64,000 nt of DNA from Gnetum montanum (taxonomy: Eukaryota; Plantae; Gnetophyta). The translations under genes and the position numbers were made by a program. Of this stretch, positions 25,500-39,289 are shown piece by piece; within the stretch, counting starts at the first letter, position 1; each line of letters begins with the position of its first letter. The stretch spans positions 1,789,832-1,853,831 of the forward strand of contig MNCI01000651.1 of NCBI GenBank assembly GCA_015680685.1. The letters run 5' to 3'. The notes under the pieces are model-generated. The model worked only from the letters and a program-made list of their open reading frames with translations, did no database searches and had not been told where the DNA came from.

Positions 25500-27390
25500 C
25501 TGAATACAAGTGCTACACTACACATATTCATAAAACTGATTGCATCAAACTTAAAATGAATATAAGAGATGTTTTAATCAATTATTCCAACACTTTTCTA
25601 ATCTAGAAAAGACACAACAATTTTGGACTTCTCAAATCATATACTTATAAATTTACTAGTAGGAAAAGATATGGAAACTTACCTTGACTTACCTTGCTTG
25701 TAGGTGAGAAGAGAAGATTAATGGACTTTGAGATGATGATCCCTATCATGAAGTATCACCTCATCCTTAGGTTCTCTTTCATTAAATTATGTATGTGATG
25801 TCTCTATTTGTTCACGTTCTTTATGATAGAACCCTTGATCACTTATTACATCATTTTCAATTCTCCACTTCTCTTCATTTTTAGCTACTGGTGCCTACAC
25901 GATTTCCTTGCCAAAGCCTTTTTGACAAGACTAAGCATCAATCTTGTTTAATCATTATGAGAATAGTTAAGGGTTTGCTTACTATCATAGTTTTTAAACA
26001 AAAATAAAGTATTTTCCTCATGAAAAATATTATCAAACCTAACTATGCTTGAGCTTAAATTTTCATGTGTAACTTCCTCCAAATTCTTTAGCTACTATTG
26101 AGGAGTCTCTTCTTCTTGAACCTTTGTACAATCCTTATTACAAGAGGTTAGTTGTTGAATCTCATATTTTATATTTGAGATCTCTTCTTTCACTTCAGAG
26201 TGGATAACATCTAGCTTAGAAATTACAAATTTCTTTGCCTTCCTAATTAAATAATGGAAAATAAAATTTTCTTCTTTAAGTTCACTATACCTTTCATCAC
26301 ACTTATAACATTGTTCAGCCATATGTGAGGAATTTTCATCTGTAAGTGCCATGCATATGAGATGTGAATCTTTGGAAGAATTGTATGCTTCTTCTTCACT
26401 TTTCTCACCATCATCCCAACTTTTAAAAGTTGGTATTTTTTGATTCCTCATCTTGGATTTATTCTTTGGTTGTACCCTGCTATCACTAGGACATTCGGAG
26501 GCCATATGGCCTCTTCCATCACAAACCCAACATTATATAGAAGAGAAATATAAGTTAGAATTCAAAATTTTTTTGACCTCTTTCTCTACCTTTGAAAAAA
26601 TTAGGTCTTTTTTGAAATTCCCCCTTATTTCTTCTTGTCAACAATTTTTATATCTTTCTTAAGAGAAAGGCAATCTCATCTTCAATGCCCTCATCATGCT
26701 CATTAAGCTCCTTCTCCTTGGAGGAAATATTTAGAGCAATAGGTCTCTCTTGCATGGCTCCTTATCTTATGAGATTCATTTCATAAGTAATGAGAGCACT
26801 TTGAAGCTCTTCAAATTTCAAAGTTCAGAAATTTTAAATTTCCTCCATAGTTGTGACCTTCGGTCTAAGCTTTGATTGTAGATTTTTGATCATTTTGATG
26901 ATGACATCGCTTTTAGGAAATTCTTTTCTTGTTCCTCTAATAGCTACAATAAGGTCATTCACTCTAGAGAAATAATCTTTTATTTTCTCTCCTTCTCTCA
27001 TTTTGAGCTTATCGTATTTGTTTTGTAAAACTAACAATTTCAATTGCTTAACAATAGAGGTTCCTTCATAAGTAGCTTCTAAAGTTTGCAAATTTATTTG
27101 GCCATTTTACATCTTGATACTTTGTTAAATTTATATTTATTCAAAGTGAAATATAAACAGTGTTTTTCTTTTGAATAAAAAATGAACTATCTTTCTCCTC
27201 TTATGTCCATTTGTTGCAAGGCTTGGTGATGTTGGTGCAGCTATTGACAAGCAAAGCATAGCCTTCAAGAATTTTCTCTTACACTTCAAACTCCATTGAT
27301 TCAAATAATTCTTGCATTATAGCATTTTAATAGGCAAAGTAAAATCCATCAAACATCAGTGACTTTGTGTAAGATGTCCCCTCCATTGTT
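25500..27390 (-). pseudogene. gag: Copia/SIRE gag remnant
   Basis: QTLEATYEGTSIVKQLKL..LQNKYDKLKMREGEKIKDYFSRVNDL (UBN2-type); Zn knuckle CWVCDGRGHMASECP at about 26490-26535; coiled-coil tail; no pol found. Confidence 0.85.
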
Positions 27391-27439
27391 TACTCTTTGA
27401 AGTTGATGACGAAGAAGAGTACTAGGCTTTGATACTACT

Positions 27440-28494
27440 TGTGGATAGTTGAACTTACAAGGAGGGGGATGAATAAGTTTCCCAAAGTAAAATTCTTTGA
27501 ACAAAGCACACACACAAAATTTAATGTGGTTCCCCAACTTGGGTAGTCCACACTTGGAGCATAGTTTGCAAGCACACCTCTAGACATTGTTGCTCTCAAA
27601 TGTGGTTTAAAGGGTACCACACCTTGTACAAGCTCTAAGTTGTACTTTGGAGTGATTCAATGCTATGAATCCACTCAATCTCACAAGGTCTCAACAAGCT
27701 TAGAATGTAGTTTCTAGGATCCCACAATCTTTACAATCTTGAGCTCCACTCTAGAGTGTTATCATGCTATACCAACACTCAATCTTGTAGGATCCTGACA
27801 AACTCAAGCAAGATGCCTTCCTACAAGAAGCACATAAACCCTGCAGGGTAATAGAAGAGAATAATGATTACAAGGGATGAATGCAACTTAGTTTTCTGAT
27901 CCTTGTACTTGAGGTACAACTCAGTTTACAACAAACAAAAGATAGAAAAATGAGGAGCAAAAAAGATTACAATGATTGTATATTTTCTAATTATAATGAA
28001 GTATTCTTATAGCCACTATGTTTCCAAATCCATCTTGAAACTCATGTAATGGCTAGCTAATGGTCATGAAAGACATCTTCTTCATTTCTGAGATGTCTTT
28101 TTGCATCTAGCCTATATTCTAGAAAGACATCTTTGTCTAGGGAAAAATGTCATTTTGAAACTGACATTTTTGTCTAGAAAGACATCTTTGTTTTATAATG
28201 ATGTCTAGAATACATCTTTGTTTAGGGAAAGATGTCTTTCTATTCTAAAAGACATCTACTATTTTGCAAAGATGTCTTTGCTTATCTTGCCTTCAATTCT
28301 ACCAAGACATCTAGTGTTTCTTGGAGATCTCTTTCTTCAACCTGTATTTGATTTTAAACTCTTCATTCCTTATTCATGTTCTTGAACCTTCTATTCTTAA
28401 TCCATGTTCTTGTCCTATAAATGCAACAACCACACAACCACACAAACCTTTGACTCCATTGTACTTAATGTTTTGACACATCAAAAGGTCCACA
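27440..28494 (-). repeat. 5' LTR of the SIRE-like element
   Basis: Homologous to 19550-19880 plus 22800-23275; 6-bp terminal inverted repeat. Confidence 0.88.
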
Positions 28495-29375
28495 ATAAAT
28501 ATGTCAAATATCATTCTATCTAAGAGATCTCAAGTTCTATTCTCAACAAGCCTAAAAATGGCATTAAAATAGATTATATTCTTAGGTAAGTATTTAGGCA
28601 TCTCAATTTTAAATAGATATTCTTGGCAAGATTGTACTTCTCAGAGGGTTTCAAATATTATGCATGATATATATTTAATTGGTAGTACATGTGTAGAAGA
28701 ATAAATTTTGGCATTGAATGTTTGCAAGAAAATGTACAATGAACTTGTTTAGCCAATTCTATTATATAGTTGTGAAACCTAAAGACCTAATTTACCTATA
28801 ACACAATTGAAATGTTTGGAATAAATTTAAAAATAATTTTTATTGAAGGAACTTCAAGTAAAGGCTGAAAATCCATATGATATTTTATTAGAAAAAGTAG
28901 ATATGCTACCTAGAGAAATTACAACTTCTTAAAAAGATGCTTTCTAGCCTTGGAATCTACCTATCTATAGAAGTTTATAAGATCACTGAAGAAGAAGGAT
29001 AGTTTAATGATGGAAAAAATGGCTTCAAGAATGGAATATTAAAGATTAATATTTATATCTTTAAGGATTTGAAAATAAGGATCAGATAGAAGGCATTGAA
29101 ATATGTGGGAACAACCATGTGGCAAAAATTGATTTTATTTGTAGAAAATTCAAGAAGGATCCTTGACAAAAATACCTACTTATTTATCTATTGATATATC
29201 TAGACAAAGTAAGGAGATAAGCACACATGCTCATGTGGGATCTTACTATCTATTAATTGACATAGAAAGATGGATTAATTTTCAAAGAGAATAATACATC
29301 TACAGATTTTATATACATGTAGTAGTGGAAGATGAACATATCTTTTTAAATTATCATTTATTTAATGCCTATAGA
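28495..29375 (+). mobile_element. Decayed LINE 3' part (RTE/RTE-X-like post-RT region and C-terminal Zn-finger remnant)
   Basis: Translations KYLGISI, LV*PILLYSCET*, LQVKAENPYDILLE...LP.E and VVEDEH.F occur in the expected LINE order. Confidence 0.6.
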
Positions 29376-30216
29376 CTTAAATATAGTATTTAAGCAACAA
29401 ATTTGACACATTTATTTGGGTTGGAGGTGTTAATTTTGGGTCATTTTCTTAAGTAGGTGTTCAAACTCATCATGACCATATAAAATCCTTGTAATAAAAA
29501 TTTTGTCCTATAGATCCTTTTGATAGTTTTTGGCTAGAGAAAAAAAATTGTAGATCTAGAATTATAATAGAGATGATTAACCAAAAGAAGATTTATTGAT
29601 ATTCCTTCACCACACATCCAATTCATCAATTATATGGAAATTTATACATTGTTGTTTACTACATATTGATAAAAATAATATGGGTCAATATCTCACTATT
29701 TATGGATGTTAACTAATTTTAGACTAGCTTACTTTGAACTCCCATATAATTTTGGTACATAGCTATACTCATGTACATATTATTTAATGTAAATCCTTAA
29801 TAACCAAAAAGATAAAACATATGGACATTTTCACATTGTTTTTTTACCCAAAAATTCCAACAATCCCATTCTTAATGGTAAGTCCATTTAAATTAACCAT
29901 CACTAAAGATATACTAAACTTGATTATGACGAGTCCCCACCATAGCTTTATTCATCCAACCATATGAAAAACTAGATTTTGATTAAAATTATCTCATACC
30001 ACTTCAAATAAAATTAACTTTTTATATGAAAAAAAACATCAATTCCATCTCCTCACCATAATAAATCTTTTCATTGATGTATCTTTCCACTAGCTATGCA
30101 CACATATGTTCTCATCACTAAGGGTTCTAAACATTAAGTAATGATTTCAATTTCATCTAGGTTAGAAGTATTTGATGTTTCTACTAGAGCTTCTTCTTCT
30201 TTATCATCTTCAAAGG

Positions 30217-31157
30217 TGATTAGCGACGAGGTACCCGTATGCTCAACCATACGAATACAAGCATTTCACACACGATTCGGTCAAATTCCAAGTACTAAGT
30301 GCTTATGCACCCTTGTGAAATAAGGATAGGTTGGTTGATCATTTTCTTCCCAAGCTTACTTGTATGTCACAATTGTATGGTTAAGTAAGCTTAAGGAATA
30401 TGATTTTTATAGCTTTTATGTTTTTATGTCTTGCACCAGTAGGGAAGGAGAGAGGTAACTAAGTGACTAATTTAACTTAACTACTCATTAACTAAGTTTT
30501 AACTAATCCTAACACCAACATCCATTCCCACTTGCCGTACACATCTTGAGCCAGTGCAACACTACTGGGATTACCAAACACTAATCGTTACTGGGTTACC
30601 AAGCATTACACGCATGCTCGAAGTGGTCACGCTTGTGTAATTTAACGATTTGCCTAATTGATCAAAATGAATTACTGTGCTAATAATAGAACTGTAAAGT
30701 GCATAAAATAAAATAAATGCATAAGAAAATAAAATAAAAGAAATGTGTAAGAAAAAAAATCTCAAGTGCTACAAGGATGAATCAAAGAGCTTGTCTTTAT
30801 TGCTATACACAAGGTGTGCTCAAGTGCACAATGCTCGAATAAAGATCCATCCACACTTAGACCTCCTACTACAGGCACTTGGAAAATACTCTAACTTTCA
30901 AATAAAATACAAGAGGTTCACTTCTTTATTGCTAAAATACTTCCCCCCAATTGTGCATTTGGGCACTGTATTTATAGGCTTAGGAGCAACTACTCTAATA
31001 ATTAGAGTAAATGCTCTAATAATTAGAATAACTGCTAAAGTAACTACTAGAGTAATAACTCTAATAATTAGAATAACTGCTAGCATAATTTCTAGAGTAA
31101 CTGCTCTAATAATTAGAATAACTACTAGAGTAACTGCTAGAGTAAGTGCTCTCATCA
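30217..31157 (-). mobile_element. Solo LTR, Athila-like family
   Basis: TGAT...CTCATCA termini, perfect TSD AAAGG, terminus homologous to 979-1100; internal CTAATAATTAGAGTAA repeats at 30990-31150. Confidence 0.92.
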
Positions 31158-32703
31158 AAAGGTCATTAAGGAGTTGAATTTCTTGATTTTTCCATTTAGC
31201 ACATCTTGGTCTCAAATCTTGCAATTAATCTAAAAATGACTAGGCTTCTTATAATAGAAACAAGGCTTCCAAAATTATTTTGAATTTGATATTTTGCATG
31301 CACCAAAAGCTTCCTATCCAATAAAATTTTCACTCTATTCCACTAAGATAAAAATTACCTTTTGAATATTAGCATTTGTACTTTTAAGTGTAAAAACTAT
31401 ATTTACAAGGGGAGTTGGCATACTATTCAATAATTCTACTTTAGCATCATCATCACTAATTGAAACATTAATTCCAACGAAGTTGGTACAAATAAAATTA
31501 AAATTAATTATTTGTATCATAATATTGTCACCTTCATCCATTCTTAAATTTAATAATTATTACTTTAAAGATATTGCAATGGAATAAATTTATAAACTAA
31601 AAAGAGAATTCAAAGTATATCATACCTCCTTGCATGTAGCATCTAGCTTGATTGCATGCAAATAATGATTAACAAAGGAAATCTCAATAAATGAGAATGC
31701 CAAATTTTCTTTAGATTTACACTCAATTCTTTTGTCTACATCTCTTGGTTCTTGGATTATGTCCAAAATATAATCCCATAAAAATTCCCTAGGTAAAATA
31801 AATCTCATTTTTATTTACCATGTGTGGAAATATTGATCTTCAAACATCTCAATCTTTAGGTTTTTCATTTAAAAAAAATCACATGTTGAAAAGGTTTAAA
31901 ATAAGCTTTAGAATAATAAAATTACAAATACCCAAATATTTATTTATGTATGCAAAGGATGAAAAGACATAAGTCCATTACAAGGATATAAATCATTAAC
32001 TACACTTTTTGCCATGAATTTCAATGCCATAAAAAAACATTAGACTAATCTTATAGGAAAATATAAGGATTCCTTTCAACTAATAAATCTCAATGTCATT
32101 CCTCAAAAAAATTATGTGAAGGCCCAATGCGATGCTTGAATAGAAAACTTCAACAATATCTATGAATTTTACTTTTTGTAAATGTAAATGAAGATCACTT
32201 TAAAAATGAATTTACTAATAGACTACTGCAATGGTAATAGTATTAATTTATAGATGGCCACATGTGGAATTGTAAAATAAACCAAACAAAGTCAATTTCT
32301 CAACTTATCAATTAACAGTGCATCTAATAATCTAGCCAAATGGGGTAGTCTTTGGGTGATAAATCTTACATAGTTTGTTGACCCTACTAGTAGTAAAATG
32401 GGGATAAGAAAAATGGGAGGTGAAGATATATGTATGTAAGGAATAGAAAATTAGAGATGTAGATGCAAATTTAATTTGTCACTTTGATGCCATTGATGTT
32501 TTTTAGCCAAAGTTGAAAATAGATTTGCACACCTAGAAATCTCACAAACCTAATTAAACAAAAGATGCTTTATTGATTTTTCTTCATCACACACCTAATT
32601 AATACATTATTATTTGCTACATCTACAACAAACTAATATGGATACATATCCCACTATTTATGAACCTCAACTAATTTTAGAGTAACTTAATTTGGCCTCC
32701 TAA

Positions 32704-32705
<2 letters not shown>

Positions 32706-32736
<31 letters not shown>
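32706..32736. repeat. (TA)n microsatellite within one LTR
   Basis: About 15 TA units; absent from the partner LTR. Confidence 0.9.
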
Positions 32737-32739
<3 letters not shown>

Positions 32740-35700
32740 CATGTACTTATTATTTAATGTAAATCCTTAATAACTAAAAAATTTAAACATGTGGGCATTC
32801 CCAAAATGGTATTTTTAGCAAAACATTCCAACATATTTGTGGTCTCACAAGGACATAATTAAGCATTTCCATTTCCATCTCCTAAATAAACTTGTGTAAG
32901 TCACTAGACATAGCACAAACTATTAATATAATATCAGATCATATTATAGAATAGAATATTATGCTAGTAATATAGAATAAAAATAAATAATCAAAGGTTC
33001 TAGGTTCTACCACCAAGTTGTTACATGATCATACTAAAAGATTAGACACCCCTTCTTCAAATTGCTCTTGAACCAGTGTTTTCCCTATCTTGACCCATTG
33101 TCAAAGCTAATAACTATTAATCTCATGTTTATGTAAATAATGTAAAAAGTAAGAGTTATTGATATTATAGAATTTAAGTGGAGCTTCATCATTTCTTTAT
33201 TCATCAATTTTAAATTCTAGAATATGTGTTAAGTGGCTAACTACAAGCTCTATAATTACTTGGAAGCTTAAAACTTGCTTTGCAAATGCTCTATCCCACC
33301 TTAGACTTTCAATAGCTACAACCTATACTTATTATCTTTGAATTTAAATTTTATTTAAAAAACTTTAAATTGACTCTACATGTTATACCAAAGTTCCAAT
33401 GACATGCTTACACTTATATTTTTATAATATCTAGGTTCAAATTTTTAAAATTTACTTCACTTTCTATAACATTGTGCTCATAATAAAATTTTTCTATATG
33501 GGACTAGTTAATTTAGTAAAGCCCTTTTTAATAGAGCTCATCTATGTTAGCATTAGTACAGAATTCTAAAATGTGCATGTAGACAAAAGGTTTGAAGTCA
33601 AAAATTTTTAAAGATTTTTCTATAGTTGATGGGAAAATGTAACTAATTTTTTGTTTCAATTTAACTTTGTTTTATTTAATTAATTTATTTTTATTATGGG
33701 AAATGACTCTTCAAGTTCCCTTAGTGTTAACATTTTAGAGTATAATATAATAATTTTTTATTATACAATAGGAGTTTATTTTAATAAAATATAGGAATTT
33801 TTTTAATTGATGGATAGTTGTAATATTATTTTCATCCATAATTTTAATTTTTTTTATCATTCAGGATATATTATATTATTTTTTGTAAACTTTGCCCCAC
33901 TTGTCACATATATATATCTAAGGCTTCTATTGGAAATTTGTATCATAGAATCATTAGTAATATTTCAGCAATAATTTGATTATTTCATCATCAATTCATC
34001 AATATATATCAACATCATTCATCATTTTTTACTCAATCTTATAACTTAAATAGCCAGAATTGGGGACATTCACTATTTTATCATATCTTAGTTATTTCAC
34101 AACAATTTTTAGTGATTCTAGGTTTATTAGAAAGATAGAATAGGTTCCTACATGTAAATAGAATTTCAATTCAATATTTATTAAGGTAAGGGAGAAATTA
34201 GCTCTATAATTTGACAAATTTTCTGAATCCTAAATTTTTACTAGAATGAGCCAATGATTTAGATTATTTTTTCCTCATAGAATAATAATTTAATGTGATA
34301 TTAAATTTATTTGAAACCTAATATCTTATGGGAAGAGTTAGTAAAAGTTTTAGCATCATAAACTTAACAAAATTTGAGTTATTATATCTCAAATTTTCAC
34401 TATGAGAATTATTGTAATTTTTAATAGATTGGAAAGAATATAATATAGATTAGCTTCTATATACCTTTTGTAGTACTTTATTTCTCAAAATTATAGAAAA
34501 ATTCCCAAGATTTACAAAATACATATTTTATTAGTTGATTCTTTGTGAAGTTAAGATAACCAAATAATTCTTTCATTGCTTGAAATTCCTTCACTAAGAA
34601 TGATCGCAATCATTCTCTATAAATTGTAAGGTCATGCTTGGTTGTAATGATCAATTTTTCAGCAATAAATCTTGTCTTATGAATTTCCATCAAGAACTAT
34701 CTTATTATTATTACTATTACTATATTAGAACTATCTTTCTAATTATTAATATTCTTCATTGTCATCATGCTAGATTTTAGCATTGTTTATTAATCCAAGA
34801 AAATATTATTAGTTATTGTTATTAATTGTATATCTCTCTTCAAATTCGTCCATCATACAGACATATCAAGTTTAGTATTTATCCATCACACATATTTTGA
34901 TAACTCAATTTCAAGTTATTATAGGTCTGGTACACCAAGATCATTGAGTTCAAAATCTCAAAGGTTACTAATTAGTTCAATTTACTTTGTAATTTCTATC
35001 AAACAAAAAACTACAATATCTACATTTTAGATTGAAGAGCTCCTTGAGGAAAATATTCTCCTATTAATTTCATTAAATTTGAATCATTAAAAGTCCATAT
35101 ATTTGTAGAAAATAGTTTTACCAAAACTCATGAATAGGTTGTGATATTACAAGTTTTCAAACCACAAGTTCTCCATGGTCATGGTATTATAGATTTGAAC
35201 TTATCTTGGACCATGAACCACGATTATCTCATGACAAAATTTCATGACTTGTGGTCAACTCATAGTGTCATCAATGACTCATGTTTTTCTCATGGTGGAT
35301 TTGATGTTATCAATAATAATCCATGGTCATCTTGTAGTTTGAACTTCTCATAAGATAATTTCACCATAACTTCTATTGATCTTATGGTGTAGAGACCAAA
35401 AATTATGCTCCACTCATGATGGATGATTAAATAAGACATAATCACTATGACTTATGATTAGTCATGGATTAATAACCATGACTTGCGATAAACTTGTGGT
35501 CGCCTTAGAAAAGTTCAATCTTTATTGTTATCCACATCATGATTCATGTTCTAATATCATGAATCATGATATGCTAGTTTACAACTCATGGTATACTAGA
35601 ACAAGACTCGTCGTCAAGTCATGGTTGACTCATGGTAAAAAAAAAATTAGAATATCAATAGATCCTAAAGATATCAGCTAGAAATATTTATATAGGAATC

Positions 35701-36546
35701 TAGTAGTCTATAATATATTAAAAGAGCTTAATCAAGCTTGCTTGAGTTCCCTTCCTCTTTTCATAACTATTTCCTTGTTAAACATCTATTGCTAACCTAT
35801 CTTTGTAATGTTTTAGGTATCTTTCTCATCTAACTATGAACCACCATAAATCTCAAATGCAAATATGGCTATAGGATGAGATTATATGATAAGGACTATG
35901 AAGATTTTAGTTAAGCTAAGCCTCTTATTAAAATATCTTTTTGATATTCATATGGTAAGCATTAATTATTGATATCATACTAAATTAATTCTTTCTTTGG
36001 ATATGCATTTTAGTCTTAATGTTGCTCTAACATGGTAAATAAAACCTCTAGTATTTAGTTGATATTATTAATCTTTTCTAAATGTTGACATCAAAGATTT
36101 TTTATATGTTATCTTTGTGAGAAGCTTAAATGCAATTATAAAAATAACTCTAAAACATTTGTGTTTTAGCTTTGATACTTATATTAGGATTTTATTTTTT
36201 GAAATGCTAAGGTGTCTTTTATTAAAAATAGCAATGGAAGAAGATCCTTTTTATCAGTCTTCAACTTTTTTCAACCTAAAAACTCATCCATAAAAGTGAC
36301 CATGAATGAGACTAAAAGTGATGGCCAACTTATGTTATTGAACAACATGGGTCTTAGTGAGGTCGTAATCTACTCATGATCAAAAATCATGGGATTTGAT
36401 CTACTTGTAGTATAACCTAAGGCCATAAACAATGGTCATGGGTTGTTGTGCACTCATGGTTGGAGATCAAAACTGTCACAATCTCATGACAGAATGATCA
36501 TAAATTGTGATGTAGTTGTGGTTATCTAACCATAGGTCATGGTAAT

Positions 36547-38140
36547 TGTAACAATGGAAAACGTCGGTTGCTGGAAAATACCAAACGAAAATCTATGTAC
36601 ACAATCTTAACCACGGATCCATGCGAGAGCTGTGCTAGAGAAAACGAATCCACGGTGCCCTGAACGGTCTTGTCGATTAGACATGGACTTACTTAACCAG
36701 TAGATTAACGAATATCGTGATAATATGCGTATTATATAGATATTCCACGAAATAATTTGATTCAACAAATTATAGAAGGATGTAGAAAATAATGTAAATA
36801 ACTTGAAATAATGACAACGTCAACGCGACAAGGAGGATTAGATTTAGGAAAGATACGCAATTCCAAGATCTATGTTTTGACTCGAAGACTACGTATATTG
36901 TATACAAAGTTCCAATAGCAAACTCCGCTTATCTTGTGTGAAGCATACACAAAACAACAAGAAAAATATTCAAAAAGGAGTATAGAATGAAGCTCGGTCT
37001 ACCTCGTAAGCCAAAGATGGAATGCAAGGAAGGTCAAGCCTAGATGTCTATCGATCAATTGTTTCTGATCAATAAACCTTACCAATCATATCAGATAATC
37101 TCTCGATCTCTGATCTACTCTTTTTGCCTTCAGTAGTCTTCGCTCAATGCTGCCAATGATTGCCAATGAAGAGAACTATATTTTTGCCAAAAGACTGATC
37201 ACTCCTGCTGCCAATGCTCAAAACAATGTCTTCTGTCTTTGCCCAAAAAAGAGGAATATCCCTTTTTTCTCCACCAACTGGAGTATTTATAGGTTCAGCA
37301 CTACGTGGAGAAGGCATGGCCCTAATGACACGTGTCTCGAACTTTCAAAATGCTGTTGACTTAGCAAATTTTATGTTGAAACTGGTCATGTTGCATCACA
37401 TTTTTGGGAAAGGGGGCAACGTACGCTATCAACTACTCCTGCTGAAGCTGCCTCATGATTACACTGCGATACACTGATGAGCATATTGTGCGTATGGATA
37501 GCAAGTGCATTTTTGGTACTACCTTAGCTGGCCTTACTCTGTATTACACTTGTTTACGCTGCATAGCGTGGCAGAGCATAATAGAGCATAGAAGTAGTTG
37601 ATTCAAGCTGTTTTATGCTCATTTACGATGCAAAGGGTAATAGAGCGTAAACTGGTCAACTTTACAACAAGTTACGCTTGTTTACGCTGTGTAGCATAAT
37701 AAGCGTAAAGCGACCAATCTGCAAAAAAGAAGAAATCAATCTGCCGCACTTCTTTGGACTTTAACTTTGACTTCCTCGAAGCTCATTACACTGCTCTACG
37801 TAATGGAGCGTAAATCCAGCCTTGAACAAAAGACTTAGCGAAATATGCAACAAGTCATATATCACGCTGCTTAGATCTTAAACTTCGTCGAATTCACTGA
37901 AGCAAGTTACTTTCTGATATCGGGCTACATTAAGCAAAGTTACGCCAAGTGACATTACGCTATGTTGCGTAATGTAGTAGAAAGAGAGAAAACAAAGTAA
38001 GCTTGGAATTTGTAAGAAACTTGGAGATTTGGTGCTGCGTGCCTCTTTGCCTTGTTTTGTCTTCTGGATTTCTATCACAAACATTTGCCCGAATCGTGAA
38101 TCTTTGCCCTAGGCTGATTCACAATTTTCATGGCGTTTTA
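36547..38140 (-). repeat. 3' LTR of the Tat element
   Basis: Direct repeat of 52416-53971. Confidence 0.95.
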
Positions 38141-39289
38141 ATGGTCCCTCTTTGTTGACATTTAGAGGGCTTTCCTGAAAGACGTCGACAAAGAATACGA
38201 AACACCGGATGGGTAAAAGTACCAACAACGTTCATCGACGGTTACTCAAGTGTCACCCTATCAATGTAGAAGTGCAGAAATGAGGGAAATGGGAGATAAA
38301 ATGGTACGGGAGGGAATTCTTACAGAGGTAAGTGGAGAGAGGTTTAGGGAAGACTCAAGTGTGTGGGTATAGCTTTTTCGTGCATAAGCAATTAGGCTTC
38401 CTCCTGCGATTGCATTTGCATGGAGTTATGCCGTCATATTGTAGATGAAGAGGCTTGCATAGACGAATTGTGTTATGTTTGCATGGCCTAGATGAGTTGT
38501 GTTTCATCCTTTTTTTTGGCGTCCACTAGGCGAGTTGCATTGCACCAGTTCATGGACTTGACTGTAATGTAGATGCGAAAAGTGTATGTTGCATATTCAC
38601 ATTGTGTGCAAGGAAAATAGATGGGATGGCTAAGGAGGGGAATAAGAGCAAGAGGTAGGATTATGGGGAAAACAGGGTTGCACTCCTAGTAGACAAGCTA
38701 ACCTAAGCGACCATCTCAAAATGCTGTCTGTACTTCACTGCTCAGGTGAACACACTTTTGAACAACATCCTCATAGCAAGTAACCTGCAATCAAAGAAGA
38801 AAACAGAGGACACCATTGTTCGGCCGAATCACCGGAAAGGTTGTTGAAACAAGTACCGTTTGGGGCAAGACAGAGTGAGCAGGCCATGAACAAGGAACCA
38901 TAGCAAGAGGCCAGAGTCTCAATGTTGATGCTTGGCCTAGCATATCACTGCTAAAGAAAATCAGACTCATCACACCTGAATGATTAAGCAAAGAACTATC
39001 TAGGTGAATCTATGAAGCCAGAGTCTGATAGTGATGATGAGTGGAGATCCCCAAGGTCGTGGTTGATGAGAACTCCTTTGGGGCTCCGGATGGTGAAACT
39101 AACCTCTCAAAGGTGCCACTGCTGAAATGGGTGCAGTGACAGCATCTCCGAGGGGTTAGTAGTATGCCTTTCAGCATATCTGAGGAATCAGCAGAATGCC
39201 CACGAGGTAGTGATGTTGGGGCTGTCCCAACATCCCACCCAGTTCATTTTGCAGTCGCACAGAGATGATTACGCTCACTTGATTCATAT

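Larger units (their letters stand above)
19550..28494 (-). mobile_element. SIRE (Sirevirus)-like Ty1/Copia element, gag only, 3' LTR truncated and containing a tandem array
   Basis: 5' LTR 27440-28494 with TGTGGA...TCCACA termini and the SIRE-like ATTCATCCCCCT motif near its 3' end; decayed iMet PBS (rc GCTTTGATACTA); PPT CAAAAAGGGAGAGAC next to the 3' LTR (23276-23290) plus a second PPT-like tract at about 23422; UBN2-type gag. The 3' LTR (about 19550-23275) lacks roughly its last 290 bp. Confidence 0.8.
29521..32833 (-). mobile_element. Short-LTR gag-only Copia element (TR-GAG-like), about 2.4 kb net of the nested solo LTR
   Basis: LTRs of about 340 bp at 29521-29862 and 32494-32833, both ending ATTCCAACA; rc iMet PBS CTTTGATGCCA at about 32482-32492; PPT-like TAAGAATGGGAT; gag remnants at 31220-31860 (MDEGDNI..., VELLNSMP, CFYYKKPSHF..NC); degenerate TSD CCTTT/TATTT. 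Confidence 0.75.

Noticed and set aside
30743-31224. Overlapping 144-aa and 108-aa ORFs
   Set aside because: Open only because of the low-complexity U3 repeats in a solo LTR.
29400-32890. MITE-like inverted repeats flanking the short-LTR Copia element
   Set aside because: Similarity is weak and no TIR/TSD could be defined.
34560-35660. CATG-rich segment resembling the Copia LTR at 59071-60519
   Set aside because: Probably a decayed related LTR, but no termini, TSD or reliable alignment could be established by eye.
37147-38084. Duplicated small ORFs (also at 52997-54050)
   Set aside because: They lie within the two LTR copies and have no recognisable protein motifs.
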